A DNA stretch of 64,000 nt from Candidatus Atabeyarchaeum deiterrae (GTDB lineage Archaea > Asgardarchaeota > Atabeyarchaeia > Atabeyarchaeales > Atabeyarchaeaceae). How positions within the stretch are numbered: the first letter of the stretch is position 1; each line of letters begins with the position of its first letter. Location: NCBI GenBank assembly GCA_037310415.1, contig CP147780.1, positions 1,152,001-1,216,000 of the forward strand. Direction: 5' to 3'. Position numbers and translations under genes: made by a program. The notes under the pieces were generated by a model, which was not told the DNA's origin, made no database searches, and saw nothing but the letters and a program-made list of their open reading frames with translations. Shown piece by piece: positions 18,308-27,334 of this stretch.

Positions 18308-20788
18308 ATGCCGAGTAAAACCCCTGATGAGAATCAGGTGGCCAGACTCAGCGTTGTGGCGGATGGAGTCATTGAGGCTTCAAACAGTTGGGAAGTCCTA
18401 AAATTCGATCTTACCACAGGAAAGTTCAGCCTCTATCTGAAGGGTAGAAAGTCTGTTCATGTGCGAGGTGCTTTTGCACGCCTGATCCTGCGTGATGGTG
18501 ATCGGATACAAACAATTGACAAGTGGGCTGAGCGAACATGGGAGAAAGTTGAAAGTGCCAATAGCAGGAGGAGAGGAAAAGAAGCTAGTTTCACTGTCAT
18601 CTGCAAGGGCTCGGCCAACAAGAAGTTGGGGGACTCCATGCTCAAGCTTTCAGTAGAGGTCTTTGCTGACACGCCGATAGTTCTCCTTCGACTTGAGCTC
18701 GAGAATGGCAGCGGCAAACCACTAAACATAAGGGAATTCCAACCCTTAGTCATCCAAAGTGAAACGGGGGGTTCCTGGGATCTGGGTTCAGGCATCAAGA
18801 ACTGGCGGTTACTGAAAAACGGCTACCAGACCTCCAGTCCCTGTTACTCTCTCACTCTCACCGAGCTAGACAAGACGTGTTCAGTCGAACTCTTCAGAAC
18901 CAACTACAACCCTCGCTCAAAATACAACGCCGTTAATGGCGAGTTTGACAGTGAGTGGATGACCGCTTTCAGGGATAACACAACAGGGAATTCTGCAGTA
19001 ATCGGCTTTGTTACCATGAAAGATAATATGAGTCAAATTGACTTCAAGGTGGACGAAAAGGAGACCAAGATAATTGGTCTGCAGGCAAGGTCAGTCTCCG
19101 ACAACATCCTCTGCGACAATGACAAGAGCATTCAGTCCGAGAAACTGCTCCTGGACCTGCAAGGTCCATTATCCGATGGACTTGATCGCTACGCTGACTG
19201 GGTAGCGTCAGAAATGGATGCTATACCCTGGAAGAAAGTTCTAACAGGATGGTGTTCCTGGTACGAATTCTTTGAGAAGATCTCCGAAGAACTGATCTTG
19301 AACGTAATAGACTATTATCGCAAAAATCGCGACAGATATCCAATCGACTACATCCAAGTAGATGATGGCTACTTTAATCACAGGGGCGATTGGACAATTC
19401 CCAGCGACTTGTTCCCACATGGAATGAAATTCATCGCCGACAAAATCAAGGAAGCAGGATTCAAGCCTGGCATATGGCTATCTCCATTCCAGATAAGCGG
19501 AGGATCCAAGATCTTTCAGCAACATCCTGACTGGACTATTAGAGACGAGAAAGGCAATCCCATTGGACATGAATTTGATAGCTCGTTGAAGTACAGTTAC
19601 TACGGCTTGGACTGTACGAACCCTGCTGTCATTGACTGGGTCAAGTCTCTCTTTCGAACAATAACCAAAGAATGGGGTTACGAGTATGTCAAGATCGATT
19701 TCCTCTTCGCAGCAACATTCGATGGTCTGAGGCATGACAAGAACGCCACGAGAGCCCAGGCTTTGAGAAGAGGCTTGGAGGCGATTAGAGAGGCGGTCGG
19801 AGCCAAGGTCCCTGTACTGGGGTGCCTCGCGCCACTTGGACAAGCTATTGGGTTGGTCAACTCGTACCGCGTCTCACCTGACACAGCAACAAGATGGAAA
19901 GCCCCGTGGCCATATGAATGCGGTCCAGCCATGCGTGACACAATGAGAAACACAATTCTTCGATATTTTATGCACAACAGATTTTGGGCAAACGACCCTG
20001 ACTGCGTTATTGCTAGGAGAGGGAAAGATAGATCAGAGTTTTCAAAAGCGGCCGAAATAGAATATCTGTCCAAGGGTGGGACAATAAGCGAAGATGAAGT
20101 CAAGTTCGAAATGACTGTGCTAGCTCTTCTGGGTGGTCCGCTCATCTACTCAGATGATCCTATTCACCTATCACCCGAAAGAGAGAGATATCTGCCCCTG
20201 ATTCTCCCACCATGCCAAGGTAAGGCTAGAATTATCGACCTACTTGAATCAGCTTTACCAAGAATCCTTAACTTGAAGTTTCATGAAGACTACGATAGCT
20301 GGGATCTTGTGGGTCTGCTAAACTGGGATGATTCTCCCGAAGATGCTCAAGTTGATTTCTCAAGGCTGGGATTAAAGAAAGGTGAATACTATCATGTTTA
20401 CAGTTTCTGGGATGAAAAGTACCTTGGCAAAATCAAAGACGTAGTCACAGTGGAGAAGATCCCTGCTCACTCAGCAAGCTTACTCTCAATTCGAAAAGTG
20501 CAGAACAGACCTCAACTCGTTTCCTCAACCATGCACACGACACAAGGAGCAGCCGAAGTTGAAAACGTTACATGGAAAGACAAGGAGAAAACACTTGAGA
20601 TCAAACTGAGACATCCTGGAACAAGAAGCGGAAAGCTCATTGTGCACTTCCCTTCACCATTCAAGTTCAACTCAGTTCTTACCAAGGATGCTAAAGCAAA
20701 TATCAACAGGACCAGCATCGATGGCCCAATATTGACCATCGACTTGACTTTCAAACAATCAGCCGTTGTAATAGTCGGATTCAATTAG
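18308..20788 (+). CDS. Alpha-galactosidase (GH36)
   Basis: GWCSWY, QVDDGY, FPHGMK, PGIWLSPF, YVKIDF, RVSPD, NDPDC; adjacent to a galactokinase. Confidence 0.88.
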   Translation: MPSKTPDENQVARLSVVADGVIEASNSWEVLKFDLTTGKFSLYLKGRKSVHVRGAFARLILRDGDRIQTIDKWAERTWEKVESANSRRRGKEASFTVICKGSANKKLGDSMLKLSVEVFADTPIVLLRLELENGSGKPLNIREFQPLVIQSETGGSWDLGSGIKNWRLLKNGYQTSSPCYSLTLTELDKTCSVELFRTNYNPRSKYNAVNGEFDSEWMTAFRDNTTGNSAVIGFVTMKDNMSQIDFKVDEKETKIIGLQARSVSDNILCDNDKSIQSEKLLLDLQGPLSDGLDRYADWVASEMDAIPWKKVLTGWCSWYEFFEKISEELILNVIDYYRKNRDRYPIDYIQVDDGYFNHRGDWTIPSDLFPHGMKFIADKIKEAGFKPGIWLSPFQISGGSKIFQQHPDWTIRDEKGNPIGHEFDSSLKYSYYGLDCTNPAVIDWVKSLFRTITKEWGYEYVKIDFLFAATFDGLRHDKNATRAQALRRGLEAIREAVGAKVPVLGCLAPLGQAIGLVNSYRVSPDTATRWKAPWPYECGPAMRDTMRNTILRYFMHNRFWANDPDCVIARRGKDRSEFSKAAEIEYLSKGGTISEDEVKFEMTVLALLGGPLIYSDDPIHLSPERERYLPLILPPCQGKARIIDLLESALPRILNLKFHEDYDSWDLVGLLNWDDSPEDAQVDFSRLGLKKGEYYHVYSFWDEKYLGKIKDVVTVEKIPAHSASLLSIRKVQNRPQLVSSTMHTTQGAAEVENVTWKDKEKTLEIKLRHPGTRSGKLIVHFPSPFKFNSVLTKDAKANINRTSIDGPILTIDLTFKQSAVVIVGFN

Positions 20789-20843
20789 ACATATCCATCG
20801 AGAGTCGTGAACTGCAAGTCGTCCAGAGTCGCGCTTCGCTAGG

Positions 20844-22169
20844 TTGATGGTCAACGTGGTAAACTCTTTCAATCGGACTCGCTCTATATTCGCTGCGTCC
20901 GCACCTGGAAGAGCTGACTTCCTAAACACACATCAAGATTACAAGGGGCTACCAGTCGTTCCTGTAGCCTTAGATCTTCGGACTTATATTGTCGCCTCGA
21001 GAACCAACTCACCCGGCATCGTCGAAGTTGTCTCAATGAACCTCAAAGAGAGAGGGGAGAGATTTGAAGACACGTTTGCAATCCAGGATCCTCAGTACTC
21101 CAGGAAGGGATTCTTCGGAAACTATCTCAGAGCGGTAGCAAAAGTAGCCTTATCTTCCGGAAACGGGAAAAGGGCAGTTCAAGAAAAGAACTTTGGTCTG
21201 CACGTCACGATAGAAAGTGAGGTTCCTTTATCCGCGGGATTGGCCAGTAGTGCGGCTCTTGAAGTTGCATTCGCCAAGTTACTGGATACCATCTACCGCA
21301 TTGGACTTGACAAAAAAAGTGTAGCTGAGGCTGCTTACAGGGCTGAGAACGTCGAGCTCGGCATACCATGTGGGCGGCTCGATCAATACGGCTCATCTTT
21401 TGGCGGGATAATACTCCTCGAATGCAAGTTCCCCTACAGAGTCAAACCCATCCCGTTCAAGAGACTATGCTTTGTTGTGGCCGATTCGGGCATAAGACAC
21501 TCGACTGCGGAGATACATCCTCTGAGGCAGTCCGACCTGAACCGTGGATTAGAGCAACTCGTGGAGAACAAATCAGTTCCAAAGAAACTGAAGGCGAATC
21601 TCGGGTTGCACTACAGCGAGGCAAATTGGATAAGACTTTCAGAGGAAGAACTTACACCTTACATCTCAACAATAGAAGAGGTGGCTAAAAAGCGCATCCT
21701 ATTCACTCTTAGAATGCAGAGATCAACAGAGATAGCGTTGAAAGCGATGAAGAAACAACTGAGAGTGAAAAGCATTCTTGAAGAGGCTGAAAAGGTTCCT
21801 GGGATTTCCGAGTTTCTCTCAGGGACAATTGCTGGTAGGTCTAACTCGAGGCTGAAAATACTAGGGCAAGTAATGAACTACCAGCATTCTCTACTTCGAG
21901 ATCTCTATGATGTTAGTCTTCCTGAACTTGAAAAGACCAAGGACGCAATGTTGAAAAATGGGGCTTATGGAGCAAAAATCTCAGGTGCAGGTCTGGGAGG
22001 GAGTCTGATAGGTTTGGTCGACGACAGCAAAAGTGGTCAACGAACGCTCAACGCTGCCCTAGATGCAGGCGCAAAACAGGGATGGGTATCAAGTGTCGGC
22101 GAAGGAGCAAGAATTGAAAATGCCAATCGCAGCAAAATCCGAAAGATCATCAAACTGGAATCAAACTAG
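20844..22169 (+). CDS. galK: Galactokinase-like GHMP kinase
   Basis: SAPGRADFLNTHQDY, PLSAGLASSAA, CGRLDQ, GAKISGAGLGG. Confidence 0.8.
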   Translation: MMVNVVNSFNRTRSIFAASAPGRADFLNTHQDYKGLPVVPVALDLRTYIVASRTNSPGIVEVVSMNLKERGERFEDTFAIQDPQYSRKGFFGNYLRAVAKVALSSGNGKRAVQEKNFGLHVTIESEVPLSAGLASSAALEVAFAKLLDTIYRIGLDKKSVAEAAYRAENVELGIPCGRLDQYGSSFGGIILLECKFPYRVKPIPFKRLCFVVADSGIRHSTAEIHPLRQSDLNRGLEQLVENKSVPKKLKANLGLHYSEANWIRLSEEELTPYISTIEEVAKKRILFTLRMQRSTEIALKAMKKQLRVKSILEEAEKVPGISEFLSGTIAGRSNSRLKILGQVMNYQHSLLRDLYDVSLPELEKTKDAMLKNGAYGAKISGAGLGGSLIGLVDDSKSGQRTLNAALDAGAKQGWVSSVGEGARIENANRSKIRKIIKLESN

Positions 22170-22443
22170 TTCCCCCCCCTCATAACCGTCCCATCCAAGT
22201 AGACAAACACCATCATTTGCATCGTGTATCTACAAGAAGCATGGAGCATCTTTTCACCCTTGGGAAGCCAAGTGCATTTTAGGAGTCCGCGCCAAGACTA
22301 TCCAGAGGAGGGAAACAGTCAGGAAGATCCATGTGGCTCGAACCGCAGAAGGCTGGAGGCAGGCCCCGGGATCTGAGGCGAGGAGTCTGCTTGGAACAAG
22401 GGAAGAAGGGACGACGATCGTATACACCAGATGCGTCTATTCT

Positions 22444-22599
22444 TCAACTCCTTCGCATCTCCTCCGCGGTGAGAATGACTCTCACGTAGAGTACTCCTCC
22501 GCAGTCAGGACAGCTGTGAACCAACTTCCCAAAGTGGTCCCCTCTGCTCCATGCCCACCCATCCACAAGCTCACAAACAAAACACTCAACAGAACTCAC
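22444..22599 (-). CDS. Putative 51-aa CxxC-CxxC zinc-finger protein
   Basis: GTG at 22599 gives MSSVECFVC...HSCPDCGGVLY; the longer ORF-track version looks non-coding upstream. Confidence 0.45.
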   Translation of the reverse strand: MSSVECFVCELVDGWAWSRGDHFGKLVHSCPDCGGVLYVRVILTAEEMRRS

Positions 22600-22833
22600 C
22601 GTCTCAACCCGACCTTCTTTGCATAATTTAGCTATCAAAGAACCCCTAAATCCAACAGAACAACTTCTTAGACAACGCCACGGAAATATAGGGGTACAAG
22701 ACGAAATAGCAAAAAACAAGTCTTCCAATATACTTTTATATCGCTCTTGTCCCAGTAAAGAGTTGCAGTTGAGGAAGGATGTGAGGAGGGAACTGCCTTA
22801 GGTCCCCTTTCAAAGGGGAAACCATGTTTTGGA

Positions 22834-25164
22834 ATGAAAAGTCCGATCGGCACTCAAAGGATTTTGCGCCATCACCTCATATGCGTATGCCTGATCATGA
22901 CTTTCATTATCACATCTTCGCAATATGCCGTTGCCTCAATGCATTCTACTACCCCGACAATCAACACTCCAATCGACAAGAATTCCCCTACTTCCGCCTA
23001 CGGCACTAGCTTCCCCTCACAACAACACCCGGAATCAGTTTGCCCGTCGCCACCCGACGCTCAATATCAGCATATTCGAAGCGCTGACTGGGACGAGTGG
23101 AGATACAACAACGGGACACGCGTGAGGAACATCTACCTCGCACCACGCTACGTCTTCAACCCTCTGAACAACTCCTGGTGCGACTGGCTCCTAGCAAGAA
23201 ACGGGACAGGAATCAGCGTAGCCACAAGTAGAGTGTGCGCATACATAGAGCCAGATGCGATCACCCTCTACACGCAAGACTACGCAGAAGCCGTTGCGAC
23301 GGCACAGCTAGACTGGCCAGCACTTACCTTGTCCAGCAACCCATCTTTATCTGTGAAGCAGAACTCCTCAGGCGTGTATGTAACCGAGAGTTATCCCTCG
23401 TCAAGTGAAGTGAGGGCATCTGTCAACGTCACCTATAGCTTTCTCCCAGGTTCCCCCTTGAAAATAGGATTCCTCGTTAGATGGATGAGCGACACTCCTT
23501 GTAGTGGGCTTCAGATCAATTGGAGAATCTCGTTAGCCAGAGATGGCTACTACACATACGGGGGAAACCTGGCAGGCATCGCCTCTCAAACAAGCGAGGT
23601 GAAGCAACTACTCGCACCGTCAACCAGAACAAATAGCTACCTCGCAATACAATTCTACGACTATAATTGCAGCCAAAGTGATGGTGCCAACAGAAACCTG
23701 TCTAAGTACTTCCTGATGGGAGTGGATTGGAGTGACGCGAAGGGTTCCACCATTCAAGCAGCATTGAACCCAATGGATAGGAGCTTCAAACTAACGTTTG
23801 GAAACTTCACCCTCAACAGAGGCGAAATTACGCTCATAGATCCCACGGTGACGACCCTCCTCGGTTCAGGCGGTGATTCCACTATAGACTCAAGTTCTCC
23901 TGACAGTAATAACGGCTTCGGTTCATCTGCGAGCATCATGGCTTTGCTAACCCGTGATGATTACTACACAGCTAAAATAATCATTTGTAGATTTTACATG
24001 AAGTTTTCGCTGCAAAGTCTCCCCCTGTACTCATCAATATCCTCTGCAAAGATATGCTTGTTTCTCTACGCGACATCGAGTACTGCAAGGTACATCGCTG
24101 CCCACAATGTTCAGAACAATAATTGGAACGAGAATTCAATATATTGGAATGATTGCAACGATCCAGGGGACCCGTATTACTACAATTCCACACCCACATC
24201 AACAATTTCAGTGGGCACAGCAACGCAAAAGTACTACAATTGGAGCGTAACCAGCGATGCCAGGAACGGGTTACTATATGATCAAGGGAAGGCGTTCAGT
24301 GAGTGTTTCAAATACACAGACGAGTCTAATGCTCCAGTTGCACCCAACAGCATCCACAAAAACTTCATAAGCAAAGATGGCGGCTCCCATCTGCCGATCC
24401 TGAGTGTGACCTACACCTACAAGGCGTACGCCGTGCTGATAGGCTCAGGTGGAGACGCGTTAGGCAATTATGCTCGGTTCTATAATGACCTCATGTTTAT
24501 GTACGACACACTCAAGAGCTACTGCTCGTATACTGATTCAGAAATCTACGTTCTATACGCGGACGGCAACACTCCCAGCAGCAATAACTGTTATGATCCA
24601 GGCAATGCGGTTCCTCACGTGAACGTGATAGACTACAATGCGACGAAGGCGGCTCTGCGAACAGTCTTCGCAGACCTAGCTTCGAAATCGGATAACCAGA
24701 CCTTCATTCTAATCTTCATGACGGGACACGGAGACCACACGGAACAAGAATCCTACACAGTAAGCTTCTCGACTTGGGGACAATATATCTGGGATTATGA
24801 ATTTGCAAATGCCACCTACCTCGGCAGGATCACATCGTACGACGCAGAGTGCATCGTCATGGAGCAATGCTACAGCGGAGGGTTCACAATCGACCTCCAG
24901 AATGGCAAGAGGATAATATACACGGCAGTAGATCACAAATCTCCGTCCCATTCCGGTTCTCACAATGGGCACGAGTATGATGAGTTTGCCTACTGGTTCA
25001 CGGATGGTCTGATTCACGGGGACAGGCCCCCCTACGACGGGATCATTAAACTTCATGAAGCGTGGGATTACGCCAACTCTAACGACACACTCGATCGTCC
25101 TGGACCACTGTTTTGGCCACAGAATGGTTTCGACCTTCTCTTCACAGCATGCGGGAGAATCTAA
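22834..25164 (+). CDS. Secreted multidomain protein: beta-rich N-domain, DNRLRE-like domain, C-terminal caspase/legumain-type (clan CD, C13-like) peptidase
   Basis: Signal-like N-terminus; IDPT boundary then DSTID..PDSN.G / WNENSIYWN; YAVLIG, TGHG (His) and EQCYSGGF (Cys) dyad. Confidence 0.75.
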   Translation: MKSPIGTQRILRHHLICVCLIMTFIITSSQYAVASMHSTTPTINTPIDKNSPTSAYGTSFPSQQHPESVCPSPPDAQYQHIRSADWDEWRYNNGTRVRNIYLAPRYVFNPLNNSWCDWLLARNGTGISVATSRVCAYIEPDAITLYTQDYAEAVATAQLDWPALTLSSNPSLSVKQNSSGVYVTESYPSSSEVRASVNVTYSFLPGSPLKIGFLVRWMSDTPCSGLQINWRISLARDGYYTYGGNLAGIASQTSEVKQLLAPSTRTNSYLAIQFYDYNCSQSDGANRNLSKYFLMGVDWSDAKGSTIQAALNPMDRSFKLTFGNFTLNRGEITLIDPTVTTLLGSGGDSTIDSSSPDSNNGFGSSASIMALLTRDDYYTAKIIICRFYMKFSLQSLPLYSSISSAKICLFLYATSSTARYIAAHNVQNNNWNENSIYWNDCNDPGDPYYYNSTPTSTISVGTATQKYYNWSVTSDARNGLLYDQGKAFSECFKYTDESNAPVAPNSIHKNFISKDGGSHLPILSVTYTYKAYAVLIGSGGDALGNYARFYNDLMFMYDTLKSYCSYTDSEIYVLYADGNTPSSNNCYDPGNAVPHVNVIDYNATKAALRTVFADLASKSDNQTFILIFMTGHGDHTEQESYTVSFSTWGQYIWDYEFANATYLGRITSYDAECIVMEQCYSGGFTIDLQNGKRIIYTAVDHKSPSHSGSHNGHEYDEFAYWFTDGLIHGDRPPYDGIIKLHEAWDYANSNDTLDRPGPLFWPQNGFDLLFTACGRI

Positions 25165-25747
25165 CATTTTCTTGCTAGGAAACAGTCGAGACAATATGAT
25201 GTATGTCCAATGACCTTGTCCTTTCAAGTGCAGAGGAAACGAGTAGGAGGCATGAATCACTGGTTGCCACGAGCCAAAGATATCGTAGCCAGTGACCATA
25301 AGGCAATGAGTCAAATCGATTTCACTAACAATCTCAAGAATACAAGGATCCTAATGCTGATAATTCAACGCGCTGATTTTCTACTCTCCGCTTTGCCCAT
25401 GGTGCAGTGCGTCCGAGATGAGCGTAGTCCAAGCTCAAGGCAGTCAATAATGCTTGGCATGTGAACATGGTTGAGAAGCCTAAGACCCTCGATGAAGTGA
25501 CTCTTGGATTTGCTGGAGTCTGATAATCTGCTATGGCGTCCCAAGGAAAGCTGTATCATCCAGCTTCGAACAGCGCACGAGTTCCAATCTTGCTGACTCA
25601 TGAGACATGGCATTTCCTCTTGCGTCCGAGAGAACCCGATAATGAAAACATGACGTTGTGCTTCCCATGCAACAAGATATTTGTATACGTTCACCTAAAG
25701 TCTACTCAGAATGACCAATATGCTTGGTTGGACGGGGGAAAGCTTGA

Positions 25748-27001
25748 GTGGGTCGAAAAGAGCAGTTCCTGAGAAAACTGGAGGACGATGAACTCCTCGA
25801 GTTAGCCAAGATCGCATCACAGACACCAGTCACAGACCGAACGAGCAGAAAAGACCTGCTCAAAATAGTCAAATCATCATTCAGCATAGACGAAATGAAG
25901 GGGAAGACCTGGCAGGCGAGGGAAGCGATCTGGAACCGCCGCAGGCAAAGAAAATCCATCGAGCTTACTCTCACCAAAACTGAGACATCCAGCAAAGTCG
26001 ACGGCAGGAATCTCCCAAGATTAGCTGGCTCGACTTCAGAGATCCCTCCCGGCGGCAGAACAGGTAGGAGTGTGGTGTCGGGGATCGCTGAGCGGTCCCT
26101 CAGCATTGAGGAGAGAAATTCGAAAGCTAAGCAGATTCGCGCAAGAGAGAATAGAAGAACGAAGACGGTAAACCCGTTCCGCACCAGACGACCATTGCTG
26201 ATCTCTGTTGCAGCAATCACAATTGCAGCCACGCTCTTCATGAGTTGGCTGGCGGCTACAATGCCCCCACCACAAGCAGCCTGGAACAAGACGTATGGTG
26301 GAACTGGATACGATGCTGCGCGTTCCGTTCAGCAGACTTCAGATGGCGGGTATATCCTGGCGGGTTACACGTCTTCCTTTGGCGCCGGTGGCTATGACTT
26401 TTGGCTTGTGAAGACTGATGGTAGCGGGAACCAGCAGTGGAACAAAACGTATGGTGGAGCCAGCGATGACGGGGCGCGTTCCGTTCAGCAGACTTCAGAT
26501 GGCGGGTACGTCGTGGCGGGTTACACAACTTCCTTTGGCGCCGGTGGCTATGACTTTTGGCTTGTGAAGACTGATGGTAGCGGGAACCAGCAGTGGAACA
26601 AAACGTATGGTGGAACCGGATACGATTCAGCGCAATCCGTTCAGCAGACTTCAGATGGCGGGTATGTCATGGCAGGAGGCACATTTCTCTCTGGTGCCAG
26701 CTTCGCCGATTTCTGCCTTGTGAAGACTGATGGTAGCGGGAACCAGCAGTGGAATAAGACGTATGGCGGAGCCGTTCACGATTCAGCGTATTCCGTTCAG
26801 CAGACCAGTGATGGCGGGTACATTGTGGCGGGGCTCACGTGGTCCTTCGGTGCTGGTGGTGATGACTTCTGGCTTGTGAAGACTTACGGAGAGAACGGAG
26901 CTGTAGAAAGGACCGCGGTGATTTTCGTCGTAGGCACGGTTGCAGCGGCGGCTTGCATCATTCTCGGTGCTTGGTGGGATGATAAGCAGCGGGCAATATG
27001 A
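25748..27001 (+). CDS. Double-pass membrane protein: two HeH/LEM-like modules, TM, four 52-aa propeller blades, TM
   Basis: Paralogue of 14406..15902; repeats WNKTYGG..QQTSDGGY..FWLVKTDGSGNQQ; two hydrophobic helices. Confidence 0.8.
   Translation: MGRKEQFLRKLEDDELLELAKIASQTPVTDRTSRKDLLKIVKSSFSIDEMKGKTWQAREAIWNRRRQRKSIELTLTKTETSSKVDGRNLPRLAGSTSEIPPGGRTGRSVVSGIAERSLSIEERNSKAKQIRARENRRTKTVNPFRTRRPLLISVAAITIAATLFMSWLAATMPPPQAAWNKTYGGTGYDAARSVQQTSDGGYILAGYTSSFGAGGYDFWLVKTDGSGNQQWNKTYGGASDDGARSVQQTSDGGYVVAGYTTSFGAGGYDFWLVKTDGSGNQQWNKTYGGTGYDSAQSVQQTSDGGYVMAGGTFLSGASFADFCLVKTDGSGNQQWNKTYGGAVHDSAYSVQQTSDGGYIVAGLTWSFGAGGDDFWLVKTYGENGAVERTAVIFVVGTVAAAACIILGAWWDDKQRAI
26282..26885 (+). repeat. Four intragenic 156-bp tandem repeats
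   Basis: Units start at 26282, 26438, 26594 and 26750 and share long identical stretches such as CTTGTGAAGACTGATGGTAGCGGGAACCAGCAGTGGAA. Confidence 0.95.
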
Positions 27002-27334
27002 TGGATCATACTTGCGGTAGATATCCCCATGAGTGCATCGTGCATCAATGCTCGATAATGGGTCGTTGACAAATGGAATGTTGAGTCAAACCTTCTACCG
27101 ATACTTCTCTGACCGACACTTCTGATTCCGCGCAGGTTATCGAGATCCAGGCGTAGACTGCGCTTCCTAACACGGTTGCGAACTCAGGTTCTTGACCCCC
27201 ATTGCTATGAAGTTCTCATATGAGTTTTCACCCTGACAGGAGTGAAACCCAATGAAGAGCTCCTAATGTACTCGCGAGAGAGACGGTGATGATGAAACCC
27301 AAGAACTACAAATGTCCACCTATGACTGCGTAAC

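Noticed and set aside
22325-22350. tRNA T-arm-like GGTTCGAGCC on the - strand
   Set aside because: Loop length is wrong and there is no acceptor, D or anticodon arm.
25210-25772. Short ORFs, including one with HETWH (HExxH)
   Set aside because: No supporting fold context or start signals; likely chance or a decayed remnant.
26282-26885. Diversity-generating retroelement TR/VR pair
   Set aside because: The repeats are tandem and in frame, the differences are not adenine-specific, and there is no reverse transcriptase in the window.
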